NCBI GenBank assembly: GCA_030698625.1
Contig: JAUYMS010000017.1
Coordinates: 12,962 to 76,961 of the forward strand
Length of the DNA: 64,000 nt
Reading direction: 5' to 3'
From: Candidatus Omnitrophota bacterium
GTDB taxonomy: Bacteria > Omnitrophota > Omnitrophia > Omnitrophales > Aquincolibacteriaceae
A program made the position numbers and the translations under genes. The notes under the pieces are model-generated. The model searched no databases. It saw only the letters and a list, made by a program, of their open reading frames with translations, and was not told the DNA's origin. Shown piece by piece: positions 1-12,400 of the stretch. The stretch's first letter is position 1. Each line of letters starts with the position of its first letter.

Positions 1-253
1 TACCGCCCTCTTCAAACACAGCATTGAATTTGCCCTCGCCCACCGTCAAGACGCTCTCGATTATGCTATCGACTTCGGCCGCGGCATTCAGCCCGAACTC
101 AATGATCGGTTTGTAGGGATGTACGTCAATCATTACACAGTTGATATGGGCGAAAGCGGCATTCAAGGGTTTCAAACTCTGCTCGACAAGGGTTTTGAAG
201 CCGGTGTGATCCCTCATAAAATCACGCTCGACGTTGTCGGCGAGCCAGCGTAA
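1..253 (+). CDS. mqnD: 3' end of 1,4-dihydroxy-6-naphthoate synthase (futalosine menaquinone pathway), partial
   Basis: Frame 2 reads TALFKHSIEFALAHRQDALDYAIDFGRGIQPELNDRFVGMYVNHYTVDMGESG...EPA, stop TAA 251-253. The SI..AL.H...AL.YA..FGRG...DRFVGMYVN..T.D.G pattern matches the MqnD C-terminus. Confidence 0.8.
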   Translation, partial: TALFKHSIEFALAHRQDALDYAIDFGRGIQPELNDRFVGMYVNHYTVDMGESGIQGFQTLLDKGFEAGVIPHKITLDVVGEPA

Positions 254-357
254 AAACCCCTCCTAGTATCCCTTAAGAGCAAGCTAACTTTAGGTTCTTA
301 TAAGCACTCTATTGATAATAATAGATATCTAATACTACATATCAAGCTATATCTTCC

Positions 358-385
358 TTGAATTTACCCCATCCTGTGGTACGCT
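358..385 (+). promoter_or_regulatory. Candidate sigma70 promoter of giant gene 1
   Basis: TTGAAT (358-363), 16-nt spacer, extended -10 TGg-TACGCT (377-385). Shine-Dalgarno GAGGGAGG at 433-440 precedes TTG 445. Confidence 0.35.
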
Positions 386-444
386 TTCCCTTATACGTAT
401 TCACACTTTAGAAAAGTCTTTATCTGACCTTTGAGGGAGGGCCA

Positions 445-3400
445 TTGAAGACCGGACTTTCTATAACTGGGTTCTGGAAGTTTACTGCTTTCCACACGCT
501 CGTCTTTTTCAGCATGACGACCATTTTGTGGTCCGCGCCCTCGCTCACCGTCAACGACGTCCTCAGGCAGGGCCTCACCAGTGACAACATCGGACTGCCC
601 TCACTCGTTAATCGCATTGAAGTCCCCGAGACAAGCGGCTCCATCCTAAAGCGTTTCGAAGCGAATTCCTCAGGCCCGTCTATCGTTCACATTCAAGATG
701 CCCACACCCATTACGAAGCGCAACAGAATATCCGCCGCATATTGAATCACCTGTCCGAGGAGTATCAAGTTCAGCACATCTTTCTGGAAGGCGCTATGGA
801 TCGCGTTGATCCGGAACTCATGCGCTATTTCAAAGACACAGAAGCCAACCGTGACATCGCTGAGCTTTTGGCAAAAGAAGGCGTTCTTGGCGGTGCCGAG
901 CTTTTCTTGCTGCAGGCGACAGAGAATGCACAGCAATTAAAAACACAAGCACACGGCGTCGAAGACCCCGATCTTTACAGGAGAAATATCGCGCTGTATC
1001 AAACTGTTTATGCCGACAAGGAAATAGCCGACAACTATTTGACATCGGTGAAAGCCCAGATAGTGACGCGAGCATCCCACGTTTTCGGCAAAAAATTGCG
1101 AAACTTCTTTCGCGAATGGCTTTTTTATCAAGACATCCCCAACGAACTGTTAAGGCAGCTGAACACACTGCGCAAGTATGCTGCCGAAGAACTCGGAGTG
1201 GAGCTAGGCGATGCGCGAGAGCAGATAGACTGGCCCCAGCTCGTGAGATTCTTTAGGCTGCAGCAACTGGAAACAGAAATTGATTTCGAGAAAGCCGGTA
1301 CGGACAAAGGAAGACTTATTGCGTGGATTCGCGAGCAGGAAATAGGTGAGAACTTTGCGGAAGAGTTGAGCGCATGGGACATCAAAAAATCATTTCTCGG
1401 CCGCCAACATGCTGATCTCAGAACTTTCTTAGAGGCGTTACATCAATCTTCGAGGGAGCGGAATTTCAGTTTTGAAACCTACGGAGAGTTGAAGCTGGTG
1501 TTAGGAGCAGCCATCTTGAGGAGTGAGATTAGTGCTACGGAGCTTTTTGATGAAAGCGAGCGCCTCACAGCCCGCATGCTGGGGCGGTTGGCCGCCACCC
1601 CCGAAGAAGAGGCGCTTGTTTCTATATATAAGGATTACGTTCTCTCGGAAAAGCTCTTTTCGCTGGAGCTTGTTTCGGAAGACCATAATGAGCTTGAATC
1701 CAGATTCCGCACCCTGAAACCCTCGCAGCTTATCGCCCGAATCGACGGCGAATACGCAAAATCCTTCGAGAGCAGAGAATTAACGGAGCTGGACGGCTTA
1801 TTCGAGCAGGCACGGGATTTTTATCGTGTTGCCGTAGAGCGAGAAGAGGCCATTTTTGAAAATATGACCCGGCGAATGAAAGAACAGGGCATCGAAAGCG
1901 CCGTGCTGATTACCGGAGGGTTCCATGCGACGGGCTTGCACAGGCTTTTTGAAGAACGGGGTTTTTCCTATGCAAATGTTGTCCCGCATATGCTTGAAGT
2001 TGGCGACAGCAAAAGCTATACGGATCTTTTGATGTTACGGGGGGACTCCCTCACGCGGCGCGCTTACCTAAGCGCGCCGCGCCTCCCTGACATCTCCTTT
2101 CAGCACCAGCTGCCCGAGCACTTCGAAAGTTACCTGGTCTATCACGTGCTTCCGGCTCTTTCCCGGGAGCTTCTGAAGCGTCTCAGCTTAGGGCACGATC
2201 TGCGCAGTGAGCTTCGAAGTCTAAATCAACAGGCAGCTCTCCTTGATCGTGGCGTCTTGGTTGACGAGGTCACCGGTGAAGTTTCTATTGCCGGTGAGTC
2301 ACTCGGGTTACTGTTCACGGATCGCGGATTGAAAAAGGCGCTGACCGCAACCGCCAATTCAGACGCGGTGAATATCGGGCTTTACGGTAAATGGTTAGCG
2401 GTTCACAGCGCGGCAGGAGAACGCTATACGCTGCAAAAATACAGCGCAGCTCGCGGCGAAGTGATAACCACCAACGCTGTCTATCTGAATAAAGGCGGAA
2501 ATGTCGACCGGGCCCTTTATTCGCCCAACCGAAGAGTTAAGCCGAGCGACGGTAATCGATATGTCGCACGCCAGGTCATCATCTCAGAGTTTGCTAAGGC
2601 GCGGGGGCTTTCCTTTGTGCCGCAGATCATAGATGTCAAGCCTGCCGACTCGACGGTCAGTGAAAACGGACTCATTCAGTTCGAGGATCGGAGTGCCGCC
2701 GAAGACTCACGCGATAAGGTCCTGTATGTGCGCAAGAACGCAGCCGGAATTCCCGCAGACGAGCAGATCGGAAAGTTGAATCCCGCCGAGCGGAGCCTGA
2801 TCTTGCTCGACGTGTTTCGTGCAGTCAAAAAGCTCTTTGACAGCGGTCTTGCGATCGAGGATCTAAAGTTCGACAATTTCCTGATTCGGAAGGATTATTT
2901 GGAAATTCTAAATCACAGAAAGGAGCAGCCGCTGGAGGAACCGGAAACTCTGAGTGTCATTCTTCATGACTTGGGAGGGGCGCTATTTGTTGACCCCGAT
3001 AGCCTGGTGCAATGGCTCGAAACGGAGCGTGCGGGCGGCGCTAAACATCCGCTGGCTGATTTGGTCGACGGGGGAAGGCGTTACAGTCTGGATGGGCGAG
3101 ACAACGGCACCATGCACGCAATTCATAAAAACCAGCAAACGAGTTTTCTGCAAGACGCCGGAAATCTAGTTCGCTTTGAAAGCAGGCTTGATAAAGCCTG
3201 GGCAGGAAACGCTTCGCGAAAGGCGCTTCTTGGTTATTTGGTCATTCATCAACTTGCGAAAACCGCGATCAGCTGGATGACCAAAAGCGTTGATCCGAAA
3301 GAATATTCGCGCCGTGCCTTCGCCGGGATGAGCCATCACGCATGGACTTTTAACAACATCATGCAGGACATCGAGGCTTTAACGCAGCCCGATGCATTCA

Positions 3401-6400
3401 GGGCGTTAGAATCCGACGATGTGCTTCAAGAGCGAATGAGCGAGACGGGTCCGCTGAGCAATGAATCTCGTCGGGAGCTCCAAGAGCGTCTTATTGAGCA
3501 GCAATTCGCGGCGCTCTACCAAAATTTAACCTGGATTCATTTGCTCATTCGTCAGGCGCGCCAGGAGACCACCGAGACGAAGACGGACTCGGGCGAAGTG
3601 GCAAGCAGTACGTTCGATACGCTCGATGCGTCCATCGAATCTACCGTGACTCCCGGCGGCGCAGGAATAACGGATGTCATGGAAGCCAAGGCCGAGCGCC
3701 CGACGTTGCCGCGCACAGAAGTGATGGATGCGCGCAGTCCCGTACGCTCTGAGCTGCGCATGGACCCGTTTGATAAGGAAAGCCTGACGGCAGAGGAAAT
3801 GGGCGCGCGCTTAAATGAAAAGGCCAGGGGTAATTCCATCGTCGCAAAGTTCAAGGATACGCTCTTAAGTGTCCAAAGAGATCTGCCATTGGGGCAGATG
3901 CTCAAAGAGATGGAGCAGCAAGTCATTCTGGAAATAGGATCGGGTGAGGATATGCAGCTGATCAACTTCTGGGTACGCGACTTGAAGTTCGATCCCGCGA
4001 AAATCTATGCCATTGAGCCTGCGCTAACCACAGGTTCGAATAACCCGCTTGGTCGAGAAAACTTTGCCGCAGGGCTTTTCCGAGAAGACTTGCCGGAATC
4101 ATGGAAATCGATCCGCTTTGATTGGATATTTGCGTACCACGTGGCCGAAGCATTGCATTCGGGTAAGCCCCTGGACGGTATTAATCATGAGGATTTGCAA
4201 ACGGCTTATGGCCTATTACGAACCGGGGGTCAGCTTACGGTACATCCGCTCGATTTTAATCTCGCTATGGACAAACTGATCCCCGAGTTTGGAATACCTT
4301 CCGGAATTCCACTACCCGCTGAAAGATCCGCTGTGGCAAAGTTTCTGGAAAGTGTGAATTTTGAATACCCATACCGTCCGCTGCTACATGGCGGCTTTAC
4401 TTTCGCCAAGGGTGTCCGTTCCGAGCTCCGCTACGAAGTTAGTGATTTGGTGGGAGGCGAGGCGAATCTCGAGTATCTGCGAAACATTGAAGCGGCGGTC
4501 AATCAGGATATGGAAGCGCCTGCTTACGCGCGACTTGCGATCTATCTTGCTTCGGGTGCGGACATTTCGACCGCGCTTCTTGCGACCGATGCGGACGAAT
4601 ACCTCTTTGTAGAGAGAAGACCCTTTATCAATCCCAACTGGACGTGGGATGAATCAACCGAAAAGCACCTGAATCGCTATGTGGAGGGTAAACAATTTTC
4701 CGATTACGGAATGACAGATGACATGGCAGCTGCGGGAGAGACGCGGAGTTATTTGCGCGGGGAATTAGAGGTTCTCGGGGCCGCAAATATTATCGTGCCT
4801 GGCGCAACCCGTGAGGACGGTATCTACGAGATCTTTTTCACCTGGCAGGGTAGAGAGAGGAAGATTACCTATGTCAGCGCGGAGTCAGAAGCGGAAAGAC
4901 GCGTACAAATCGCCCATGTGATGAAAGGGCGTAAAGGCGCAGATTATCTGATCGTGAAAGCCGGTGACTATGGAGCGAATGTGGGAGGCGTAACCACCAC
5001 GGAATTGAATGGCGTGATCAGCCGTTTCGTTGGGGGCGGGGGGCACCTGATTCTCGATTTTCCGCATCGCCGTAACGACACCGAACCTGTGTCCGTGAAA
5101 CAACCATTATCTGCGAAGTTCGGCTACGGTAAGGCAATGCTGATGCAGGACAGGGCTTTTGTTTACCGGATCGTTCTTTCACGGTCTCACCTACCGGATC
5201 TGAGCGGGGCGATGAGAACGGCAAGAGAGTGGTTGTGGCTGGCAGCACCATATGGCTTGGTCGGCAGCGGACACCGCATGGGCGGACCCGCGCGCTCCGA
5301 ACTGCGTGAAGGCGGGGAGCAGCTTGAAGATCTACAGATTGTACAAATGGTCAGGATGGATCGTGCGCTTACGAGACTGACCTCAGAGGACACAGAGTAC
5401 GGCAATGAATTGGGGATTACCCCTACCCAGGAAGGGGTAGGGTCTACTTACGTCGAAGGAGAAGTGCGTAGGTTCCTCGAATTTGCGGGCCAAAGTGATT
5501 TACGCGATCAATTGAGTTTCGATCCTTCGCTTGAGGGCGCCCGGGTTCATGTTTTTGGATTCGGAATGCAGGGCTATGAGATTCTGGCCTTTCTCCAGGA
5601 ACTGGGTGCCGGGCGTATCGATGCGGTCAGCGCGTTACCTTCAGACTTTCGCGGGCTTGACCGAACGTTGAAGGATAACGGTCTCCAAGACGCCCATGTC
5701 GACGGATATCTTTGGCAGGGGCAAAACTTGATTTCGGAACTCGCAGAACCTGAAAGTCAAGCCGATATTGTTTTTCTGGCGGATGTCGTGGATGAAAGAC
5801 ACTTCACCCCGGAAGAAATCAGAGCTATTGCCGAAAATCTCATCCGCTATGTTAAACCCGGAGGCCTGCTAATCTCGGCAGGGCAGGTTTACCGGCTTCA
5901 CGAGCTGGGTGCCATACATCCCGAAGACCCTATCGTCAGAATCGAGCACCCCGTTGAAACCCCTGAAGTCGCTTTCTTCTTAAAGGAAAAAACAGATCGC
6001 TCCGAGCTGCGTGCGGATAAAGCGGAGTTGGCGAAGTTAACGGCGGCGTTGGAGCGTGTGTATGCAGCCGTAGCGCTTGATGTTGACGGCACCTTGCTGG
6101 ACGGAACCGGCGACGGGTTCATGAAGAATATCCATCATATCATCGGCTTTCTCCGCGAAGGAGTCCCGGTGGCCATCGTTACCGGAAATAATGAAAGCAT
6201 GGTTAAGGCCATTTTGATTCGCACGATCAAGAATCTCCTCACCTCCGCGAAGGACTACAACATGACAGATGCCGATGCTGCCGCCGCTATGGAGAACCTT
6301 CATATCTATGTCTACAACGGGGCCAAGGGGTTCAATGCCGGAACAGGGGAAGTCTACTACAACAGGTTTTTTGACGAACTGACGGGGCACAGCACGCGCC

Positions 6401-9400
6401 ACTTCATCGAGGCAATCTCGAGGGACCCGGGTCTCAGAGATATTGCAGAAAACTCTATGGTTCAGGATGCGCGAGCCTATGGATTTCATTTCTTTCCTTA
6501 CGGCCAGACGCCAGACCTGGATGGATATGCCGACAGACTGAACAAATTTTTTGAGCGCGAGGGTTACCCGCTTGAGGCAAAGACGTCTTCGGTCGGTGTC
6601 GACGTTTTCCCGAAGGGTGTTGATAAGGGCTATGCGATCGCCGATCTTGCTTTGCGAATTGGTGCTGAGCCGAATCAGATCGCCAAGATCGCTGACCGCA
6701 TGCAAAAGGGCGGCAACGATGACGCGTTTAATGATGAAAGCAGTTTTGCGGTAAAGTCTTATGATGAAGATAATCCGAGGCAGATTTCTATGGTTAAGGC
6801 GGTCGAACTCACCGGGGCGGCAGCTACCGGCTATCTGCTGGAACGCTTGAAAATAAAGGGCCGCGCCGACCGATCGGAGCTGCGGACCGAAGACGTGCAG
6901 ATTCTGGATGTCGTCTTCGATCCTGAAACGGGGGCCTATGTTTCGCGGGCGGAACTCGATAGGCGGTCCCGGGAAGAAGCGGGGCGGTCGCGCGAAGCGG
7001 CGATCATTGCAAAGGCGGCAGAGCCGCGCACACCGCTCCAGACCGCCGGAAAATTGCTGGATGTCGCGGGATTTGCTTTTATGGTTCTCGGGGCTAACCT
7101 CTTTACGGCGGGCATTGTTGCGGCCCTCCTGTTTAATATTACGTCGGTCATCGGGATTGTTCTCGTAACGTTGGGAATCGCAACTCTTGCGGTGGTCGTG
7201 GGCGAAAGCACCTTTGTCGGCCTTCCGTATCTATTCGGACGTTACGATTTTGCGAAGCTGGTCGGAATCAGCAATGAAGAGGCGGTAGATCGCGCCGAAC
7301 AGGCGTTTGTCGATGTTAAAGAAACGGCCTTGACGAAGGAAGACTGGCATGTACTCGGCGGCTTGCGTCATGTCGGGGAACCGCGCGGCTTCTTCCGTAT
7401 TGCCTATGACATCATTGAAGTGGTGGTAGGCAAAGGCGATACGGTCCATCCGGCTATTGCCTTCGGGCCGGTACTGCGTTATCAGACCGTGCGCCGATTA
7501 GGGCTTGGAAACGACTTTGACAGACTAATGCCGCGTTACATCAAGAATCTGTCGGGAGATCAACCGTCATTATTGGCGCGCTCTTTTTGGTGGGTTTACG
7601 GGGATTATGAGCTCTTGAAACGCGCTTATTCGTACGGCTACCTTTCTATCGTTCCTTTCTACGCGCTGCCGCACTTTCTCCTAAGCAGCACGCTCTTTCT
7701 GGCTTTGACTGCGCTCAGAATTCTTTCACTCCCGCTCACACTCAGGGGCGGTATCAAGGCGTTCCTTGAAAGACTGAGCATGATGAAAGCTTATGCTGCA
7801 ATTACCCTGCTTTACCTCTCAACCGCGGCGGAATCTATGACGGATAAAACCGTGACAAACGAATTGCCCGATGCGATTACGGTCGGTAAGATGACGGTTG
7901 AGGGCCGAGCGCGGTCTGAATTAAGAGATGATGTCGAAGAGGCTATAGCGCAATGGGCGGCAGGCAAGGAGGTCGAACTCTTGCAAACAGTCTCTGTCGA
8001 CGGATCCGAATTCCGATTTGTGCACCGAGCACTTCCCGTCATGGATGCGTATCCGGGTATGCGTGAGACCATCGAGGTTTATGCGGGGCAGACCCGTATC
8101 GGCGGCATTGTCTTTCGCGTGAGGAGTTCGGGGGTTTGGCGCGACACGCTGATCGGCGGCCCGCTGACGGGCGTCGATGACGCCCTTGATGTGGAGGCTT
8201 TATACCGTGAACGTTATGAAGGCATTGGAAGAACACTGCTTGCGCTTGTGGTCCTTTTAACCCACGCGCGCGGGATTCCGAAAATCAAAGCGGCCAAGCA
8301 GTTGAATATGCAGCAGTATGAAGATCTGGGCTTCCACTATTCCCCTTCGGTGGATGAATATGTGGCCGACTTGACCCATTTACGCGACGACGTGCCGGGA
8401 CGGGCCGAAGGTGCGGTAGGTATCGTGAAGCGCTCCGAGCTGCGCGATGATGAAATGAGCGGCCTTGTTACCGTTCCAGAAGATAATCCTTACGAGACAA
8501 CTTATGCGGCTCGGCCCACTTTTAGCCAGGCCTTTCCGGACTCAAGTCAATTGATCAGAGAACTTGATACCGTTTCCGTCGGGTCCTTTATGTGGTCCGC
8601 TGGAGTTATTGAGAACACGGAGCAGAATGAATCCGTGACGATATTTGATAATGCCATCGCACTGGCGTTAAGCCTTGCGGCGATCGGGGTACTGTCCTTT
8701 TTCTGGTTGGGGATCTTGAGTTCGCCATCAGGCGTGGTTCACGAACTATTTAATGGACTGGTCGATGGCTACTTGTTCCGGATCTTGATGTCGCTTGCGA
8801 TCTCGACGATTCCCGTTGCCCTCTTGACGTTTATCACCGGGCTCTATTTTTCGGGAATACGGGTATCTCATAAGAAAGTCTTCGCTCAGATCCGGGACGA
8901 TCTCACAGAGAATCCGCCTGCAGGGAAGCTGAGATTGATCGGCCTGCTCTTGACCGCTTTAACCGACAGGAACCAAAATATTCGCAAAGCCGCTGAGAGC
9001 GAGCTGAACCGAATTACAAAGCAGGTTCCGAGCGTAAGACAGGCCTTAGACGCCGGCGTAGCAGGTATCGCTCGCTCCGAACTTCGCAGTGATGAAATGA
9101 GCACCGATGAGGTGCGCGAGCTTCTGAGCCGTGTCCCGCCACCGACACCGGTCTTTGAACAACGGGGAGGGGTCACAGAGGAAAATCCTTATGGGGTGCT
9201 TCTGGAGATATGGCCGACAGTGGGGCAGGCGTTTCCCGAGCTTTCGCAGTTACTTCGCGATCTGGATAATATTTCGGCGTTAGACCTTGAGTTCGCAATC
9301 GACGCTGTTGCTGAGACGACTAAGGGGAGATATGAAGGAAAAATCCATAATGTTTTTGTGGCGTGGCTCACGCTGCCAATGCTTTATCTGTTTTCTGTTG

Positions 9401-12400
9401 TGGGGGTGTTACTTTGGAGCGAAATGAGCACTTTGCCTCGGATAGCGAAAGATGCCGTGCGTGATTTCGTCGTTGACGGGCCTCTGTTGTGGCTTGCAGT
9501 CGCATCGTTTGCGACGGGTCTAATATTGGCGGTGAGAGTATTATTCTTTGCTGCGCCAAAGGGGTCTCATAAAGAAACCGTTTCGGGCATCAAAAAAAAC
9601 TTATATGAAAATCCCCTAGCGGGGAAACTCGAGGCGCTTCGCTTTCTTTGGAGTCACGCTAATCATAGGGATCAGAAGATTCGCGAAAGTGCGGGCAAAG
9701 CGCTCGAATTTGTAGCAAGTAAAGTCCCGAGTGTGAGACAGGCTTTAGATCGTGGCGTGCAGACCCCCACTCGGTCTGAATTAAGGACTGATGAGGAGCA
9801 AGTCTCGATATTCCTGGGGGCGCTCTTGAGATTAGCGGAGTCGGTGAATATTGAGAGACGCGACTCGCTTTCCGTGGCGCGCGTATTGGACGACGGAACG
9901 CGCCTCTATGAGTTACCTCTCGAAGTTTCTTACCTAAAATCGCGTAACATTCAGCCGGGGAATCCGGTTCCGCTCGAAGAGCTGACCCGTTTCTTTACGG
10001 CGCAGGGCATTGAGGATCTTTCAAATATCTCCTTAGGCTACGGTGCCTCGGAGCTGAAAGGTCCGGCACTCCTCGCAGTGGAAGACCGCGGCGGCGACTT
10101 GCAGTTAATCGGTCTGTCGTTTTACCGTTTCAGCAAAGACTCGGATGACTACGGTCTCGGACTCATCAGTTTTGGAAATGCTGACGATCTCATCCGTCAG
10201 TATCAAGGCTCGCTGGATTATCCCGGGAACCGCGCAGCCGGAATTATTACTCCTCAGGTGGAGTTCATTACGGACGGGATTTCCGTCGAAGCAACTTTTC
10301 AAGCTCAGGGAGCCCGACGGGAAGTCCTGATCAAGCGCCTCCGCTCCAAGGCAAAGATTCGTCAGGTAGATCTCCCGCGGCCGTCTCGCCACATGGCCCG
10401 CTCTGAGCTGCGGGCCGCAACGGTTAAAGGTAAAGATCAGGATTTCTTTGGCCGGGGTCTGGTCAAGGACCATTATGACACGGTAAGGCTTTTGGTGCCC
10501 GAACCGCTGATTCGCGATGTCGCCGGAGAAGGCTTCTTGATTCCGGAGCCGCTTCAGAACCCCGATTTGGTTATGGCGAGCACCGGTGCGCGCGAGTCAA
10601 ACCTCACATTTGCTGCTGATAAGGCCTTTTTCTCGGTAATTTTTAAATCAAAAGACGTCCACCGGCCTTTTCTTAAATCCGATTTCATCTATTACGGAAA
10701 AACGCTCGAGATCTTGCCGGGAACGATGCGGCCATTTCGCGAAGATCAGGAACGAACCGACATTGTCGCGGCGGACAGGACGTTTGCATGGTGGTTCCGG
10801 CATAACGTCGTCCCTTTTGCGCAGGCGCTCGGCTATGAAAAGATCGGGATCACGATCGTGAAAGGCCTCTCTAAGCGTATCAGTCAGTCCACGCTCAGGG
10901 AACTTGGCTTCCGTGAGCCCCGGATAGGAGGGCGCGCGATCTGGATTTACGATCTAAAGCCGGAGCAGCAAGCGTCGCGTTCCGAACTGGGCGTCACACC
11001 GGATCCGCTTAAAGCGCTTCGGCGCCCGGCCCTCCGCCAGTTTATCCGTGATCTTTTAGTGAACAACTACAGCAGGTTCCTTCCGGAATTTTTTCAAACG
11101 AAACCGCAGGGCCCGTATGTGGATATCGAAGCCTGGGTAGACGGTATTCTTCAAGCCGGCGCGGACTTCAGCGGGGATCCGGTTGCCGCGGCGAGGTTTT
11201 TGAATGACCATCGCGTTACCTTTGATCCCGGCAATATCTTTCGCTGGGGCGGCGCTGTGGAGCTGCGCGCGAGCTTGCGTGATTTTGAGCAGGCCGAGCT
11301 GGAATATGCGGACCGCTTTCATCCGGGTCCGCGGGTATTCGATGTGGGGGGCGGCTCGGGCCGCTGGCTCAGCGGAATCGCAGACCGGCACCCCGGGCGC
11401 TTCACGCACCTGCTTATGTCTGAGCGCTATGCCGAAGGCTATAATGTCACCGACGAGCGCATCGTGCAAATTGCGCAGAGCGGCGAGCGCATTCCGCTGG
11501 ATGAAATCATTGCGGCCGCGGGCGGTGACGGCGTGGAAAGCGCTCAACTGCGTTATGTGCTTCACCACACCTATGGCGAGCTCCAGGACCCCAACGACCC
11601 GGCAGCCGAAGAAAAGGTTGTTGAGTTTCTGAGCGATGTCCGCAGCGCGATCGGCCACGGCGGTCAACTCTTTGTTTATGAAGATACCTATCCTCTCGGT
11701 GACGCTCAGCGTTTTCCGCTTCCGGAAGCTCTCAGCGAAGCCCAGCAGAAGGAATTTACCGAGCGCTTCCTCACGCTGAGCGAAGAAGACAAATACCTCT
11801 ACATGGTTTTTACTGATTGGTACTGGAATGTCTTTCTCGGCCGTCATTATGGCATGTCCATGGCCTACCGTTATTACCCCATGGAGAAGTGGGTGGAGAT
11901 CTTCAACCGGGCGGGCTTTGAGGTCGAACGTGCTGAGTATCTGGGATTTCTCAAGCAGCGTGTTCACGGTGCTACCCAGGGCGTATTCGTCTTACGCAAT
12001 CCCGAACGCTCGGAATTGCGGGCGATGAGCCGGCGCGGCTTTCTCGAGCGGGTTATGAAAACAGCCGTTCTTGCGTCCTTGTCCTTGCCCTCTCTGCCAA
12101 GCGGCCCCGGTTTAGGTGAAACAGCGAGCCTATTATTGGGCTCTCCGCGGGGGTACATGGGGACCCCGGCAGGGTCATTGATCCATGTGATGCGTAGCGG
12201 AGGTGTCATCGTTTTCGACTCGAAGAACATGATGACTCCGGCCACCCTTTTACGTCTGGAGAGGACGTTCAGCGCCAAGTCAGGTCCGTCAGCCAGAGTG
12301 AAAAAGATACCAAGCGAGAGGGACTTAGTGAAGCAAAGACGGCAGGCAATCGAATCTCAAATCGCCGCCGCCAAAGAAGAAATCCAAAATATTGTCTGGG

